In this document: positions 60,634-64,000 of the stretch, one piece after another
Position numbering within the stretch: the stretch's first letter is position 1
How the letters are laid out: each line of letters starts with the position of its first letter
Assembly: GCA_977020255.1 (NCBI GenBank)
Contig: CDROCS010003532.1
Span: 1-64,000 of the forward strand
DNA: 64,000 nucleotides
Source of the DNA: Obrimoposthia wandeli
Taxonomy: Eukaryota
Reading direction: 5' to 3'
The notes under the pieces: generated by a model
The model's input: only the letters and a program-made list of their open reading frames with translations
Told to the model about the DNA's origin: nothing
The model's database searches: none
Made by a program: the position numbers and the translations under genes

Positions 60634-61038
60634 TTAAACATAAAACAACATATTGGCTTCACTCAAAGTCCAGAGAGGCTGCATTTTCCCGTCATCAGCA
60701 AAATATCCATTCAGACGTATTGAGATATTCCATAGTTCTTCATCTAGAATTGGAGCAATCAAATATCCTAGATCATCTTTAAAATCCAGACTGGGATCAG
60801 TTTCAAGCTCGAAACAATTTCCTTCATATACATAATCAGGAATGTAAAATCCCAAAATATTTTTCAGTTGATCAAAATCAGTTGTTGTTAAAATTTCGAT
60901 GAGATATTTTTTCTCCACTTTTGATATTTTCACAGGATTCATAACTCGTATAATTTGATGCCTCTTTAATATATTACATAGTTTTCCTTTTGAAATTCTT
61001 TCTGGATAATAAAAATTTGCTACACATCTCTTATCCAT
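60634..61038 (-). CDS. Polinton orphan ORF (~134 aa from MDKRC)
   Basis: Intact ORF; disrupted homologs at ~59556-59937 and ~44760-45060. Confidence 0.6.
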   Translation of the reverse strand: MDKRCVANFYYPERISKGKLCNILKRHQIIRVMNPVKISKVEKKYLIEILTTTDFDQLKNILGFYIPDYVYEGNCFELETDPSLDFKDDLGYLIAPILDEELWNISIRLNGYFADDGKMQPLWTLSEANMLFYV

Positions 61039-61170
61039 TCTAAAATAAGGAAACTGATTAAAAACAATGTTTATAAAAATACACATAAGATACAAATAAG
61101 ATACAAATAAAACTGTTTATTAAATGAAAGAAACATAGTAAAACCGATTACAATTTATTACACACAAAAG

Positions 61171-61647
61171 TTAAAACATAGAAATATGAGCACGTTCAAT
61201 TTTCCACATAGGCAACTTTGTTCCCATTTCATCTTTCTTGTAACCATAAAGTCGAATTGTTACAATCCATTGCTTCTTTTTCGGAAACGCATCAATATCA
61301 ACATATCTTCCATAGTCATCTAGAAATGCTTCATCGGCTCCTCGGATATAAAATTCGTTCTTATTGAAAGTAAAATTTGGAACTGCCTTTTCTATTTTCT
61401 GTTTAAGATATTGAAAATCAGGTTTTTGAATACCTGATAGATAGTAGCTGAACTTTCTTCTTTCAATTGTCACAGGATTTACTAAAGCAATCAGTTGAGC
61501 CTTCTTCAAGAATCTGACTTTGTATTTGAAATATTGTTTCACTTCTTCATACATATCCTTATCCGATTCTTCAAACATTTCTTCGTCATCGCTTAATACC
61601 CGTTGGCTATCATCCATTGTTGATAATTGTCTTTGATATGAATGCAT
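61171..61647 (-). CDS. Polinton orphan ORF (158 aa, acidic N-terminus)
   Basis: Intact ORF; homolog at 44140-44585 and partial copy at ~60080-60310. Confidence 0.65.
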   Translation of the reverse strand: MHSYQRQLSTMDDSQRVLSDDEEMFEESDKDMYEEVKQYFKYKVRFLKKAQLIALVNPVTIERRKFSYYLSGIQKPDFQYLKQKIEKAVPNFTFNKNEFYIRGADEAFLDDYGRYVDIDAFPKKKQWIVTIRLYGYKKDEMGTKLPMWKIERAHISMF

Positions 61648-61896
61648 TTACTGTGATTTGTCCTCCAATGGCGCATTCTTTTATACTAATTTCTAACAAA
61701 GACATGAATCTCATTGGTTAATATAACTAAAGCATTGAATTTGATTGGACTAAATCTATATTAAAAATCAAAATTGATTGGAAGAAATATATCATCCAAT
61801 TATAATAGGTTTGCAAGATAATTACAAGAAACGTGTAATAAAAAAGCAGGTTCAGACATATATAAAGAAGATTTTACAGAATACAATTTCAGTCTA

Positions 61897-62435
61897 ATGA
61901 AACTCGTAAATATAAATTATAAAGGTAGAACATAAGATGATGTTTCGTACTTACCATTCAATGAATGGAAGCCGAGACAATATGTAGAAAAGTTTGACAA
62001 TTTCACAGTTGTTATTTTTCCTACAGGTTAGTTTTTTATTTTATTTTCATATTGAATTCTTTAGGAAATTGTCGTGTTATGGGATGCAAAATACCAATGC
62101 TTGGGTTCAATTTACCATTTGGAATTCAAATCACTGCAATACAATCAATCACGATTTCGGCTAATCTCGGGAAACAGATAAATCTTTTTAAAACTGCAGA
62201 GAAAATGAAAGAAGAATGCATGTTTGAACCAGAAAATTTTCCTGCTCTCAGTTATTTGAAGTTTAAACCGCTATGTGTAAATATATTTTCCAATGGTAAA
62301 GTTATGATATTGGGATTGAAAAATTTTGATTATCCAGACATAGTTGATTTGATTTTAGAAAATATATCTTATTACATCTTGTTATCTTTTTTCTATAAAC
62401 AAACCCCGTTTAAACTTATTGTTTCAAATGAATAA
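61897..62435 (+). pseudogene. TBP-like gene (two-repeat core, ~166 aa when spliced; intron 62027-62064; nonsense TAA at 61933)
   Basis: FTVVIFPT|GNCRVMG and FEPENFPALSYLKFKPLCVNIFSNGKVMILG match the two TBP repeats. The TAA aligns with GAA in copy A. Confidence 0.75.
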
Positions 62436-62700
62436 TACTATAAATAGAGACAATGAAGTGGATCGGCTTGCCGATGAAATATTTTCTGGAAAAATTAGGA
62501 GTAAAGAAATTTTATCAGAATTAAAAAATAATGATATAACAAGAGATAACATTGAAATATTGGTTAGATCACACGTTATTCGAGAATTTAGAAATCGTAC
62601 ACAAATAAATAAAATTATAGCCAAATATTCATTAATTAATTTTTGTATTTCATCTACAATAGCTCTAACATTGTACATTTCAATAAGGAAACTTCTATGA
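62419..62700 (+). CDS. Polinton orphan ORF (~90 aa)
   Basis: Homolog at 43020-43261 on minus. Confidence 0.55.
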   Translation: MFQMNNTINRDNEVDRLADEIFSGKIRSKEILSELKNNDITRDNIEILVRSHVIREFRNRTQINKIIAKYSLINFCISSTIALTLYISIRKLL

Positions 62701-62737
62701 TAATATAAACAATATTAAAAATGAACGAGTATATGCA

Positions 62738-63385
62738 ATGGAGCTAAATAATAATGCTGTATTTCAAATAGTTGGCCCAAGTGGAAGTGGAAAGACACAT
62801 TTCGTCTGTAAATTGTTGCAAAATGAATCTCTTTACAAATCTAGTTTCAAAAATATTTATTAGCATCATGGTGGAGGAGGGGAAAGCGGGTTAACCAAAA
62901 CAGAAGTTTGCAAGTTGAAGGGTATAAAATTTATTGAAGGATTTGATGCAAATTGGTGTGAAAGATTGAAAAAAGAAGATGTAATAATAATTGATGATTT
63001 GTATGATGAGGCTAACAAAGAATCGGACTTTAATAATCTATTTACAAAGATTGCAAGACATCGTGAAGTTACAGTTATATTTATCACTCAAAATCTGTTT
63101 CACCAAGGAGGTCACCATAGAACAAGAAATCTTAATGTACATTACTTAGTTTTATTTAAAAATCCTAGAGATCAAACAGTTGTTGATTTTGTGGCCAGAC
63201 AGGCATTTCCTCAAAATAAGAACTTTCTAGTTGATTCATTCCACGATGCTGCTAAACAAGCACATGGGTATATATTTATTGACTTTACACAAGCTTGCCC
63301 AGATGATTTACGTGTTTTAACAGACATATTTAATTCTAAGGGAGTAACTGTTTATAAACAAATAGAGAACAATTATAAAAAATAA
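62738..63385 (+). pseudogene. Polinton A32/FtsK-like DNA packaging ATPase with one nonsense codon (TAG 62861)
   Basis: Walker A GPSGSGKT, Walker B VIIIDD, plus ARH, ITQNLF and FKNPRD motifs. Confidence 0.9.
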
Positions 63386-63562
63386 ATTCGCAATGCCTTT
63401 TACAAAGTTGATAGTAAAACGTAAAGTAAAATCTAAGAAATCAAAAAAAAGAATCATTAAGAAAAAAGAAGTGAAAAAATTAATCAAATCTGTAGTTAAA
63501 AATAAAAAAACTTAAATGGCTTCGAATATAAACAATATTTAAATTGAACCTTTTTTATTAAA

Positions 63563-63892
63563 ATGAAGAAAATACAAAGAAGCATACCCTATTTTAAAGC
63601 TTTAGTCAAAGCCTCTTCTAATAAGAGAATGATTATTCTTAAAGCATTTCCATCCTTTGTTGTAGATGATCTATTGGAAGTTTTATATAATATAGTTTTG
63701 GGTCGAGTAAAAGTTGGAAATCGGAAAAATATATTAAAGAAATATAGAAAAACTCTTCTAGATATTGCTAATGTAAAAAGTAAAAAAAGGAAACGAAATA
63801 TTATTCTTAAACAGAATGGTGGTTTCATAGGGGCTGTTATTCCAGTTGTTGCTTCAATTATCAGTAGTATTATAGCTGCGACACGTTCATAA
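63563..63892 (+). CDS. Small basic Polinton protein with C-terminal QNGGFIGAVIP motif (109 aa)
   Basis: Intact ORF downstream of the ATPase; homolog in segment C. Confidence 0.7.
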   Translation: MKKIQRSIPYFKALVKASSNKRMIILKAFPSFVVDDLLEVLYNIVLGRVKVGNRKNILKKYRKTLLDIANVKSKKRKRNIILKQNGGFIGAVIPVVASIISSIIAATRS

Positions 63893-64000
63893 ACAATTAT
63901 TTCTAAAATCAGCTAAAGATATGGGTGCTAGCCCTTCTTTACCTAAACTTAAATTTTCTTTCTATTCAAATTGTTGTAATGGAGAAGATATGGTTCAATC

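Larger units (their letters stand above)
58898..64000 (+). mobile_element. Polinton/Maverick segment B (left end, continues beyond the window)
   Basis: AGTAGGTGGATGTGTCC terminus at 58898; packaging ATPase with GPSGSGKT; small QNGGF protein; partial tandem duplication of the terminal ~1.4 kb. Confidence 0.8.

Overview
This is AT-rich eukaryotic (animal) genomic DNA, densely packed with transposons. A flatworm such as a planarian is plausible, but that is inference. The main feature is a giant, 3'-truncated Ty3/Gypsy LTR retrotransposon on the minus strand (~13050-34317, >21 kb), with a 1.7-kb 5' LTR and a tRNA primer-binding site. Its coding region reads as one ~4,900-codon polyprotein broken by only two in-frame stops and one frameshift. 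The order is: Gag(CCHC), ubiquitin-like domain, AT-hook, Bcl-2-like domain, internal signal peptide + chuvirus/gB-type class III fusion glycoprotein + TM, protease 1, BIR-BIR-RING (IAP), protease 2, RT, RNase H, integrase(GPY/F), 3 IPT/TIG-like repeats, an active DUSP, a pseudo-DUSP and membrane modules. It is followed by a separate type I membrane protein ORF and three tandem RING-H2 mini-genes. This looks like an enveloped endogenous retrovirus-like element carrying the anti-apoptosis, ubiquitin and phosphatase toolkit typical of large DNA viruses. It resembles the planarian 'Burro' giant elements, so novelty must be checked against those. Related solo LTRs are present; LTRs of this group sit antisense inside sister-family LTRs twice. 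The window also holds the first two exons of a divergent alpha-tubulin, three decayed Polinton/Maverick segments (two with an intron-containing TBP-like gene), and Tc1/mariner, pogo, hAT and L2-type remnants. All domain calls come from reading motifs by eye; no database searches were run.
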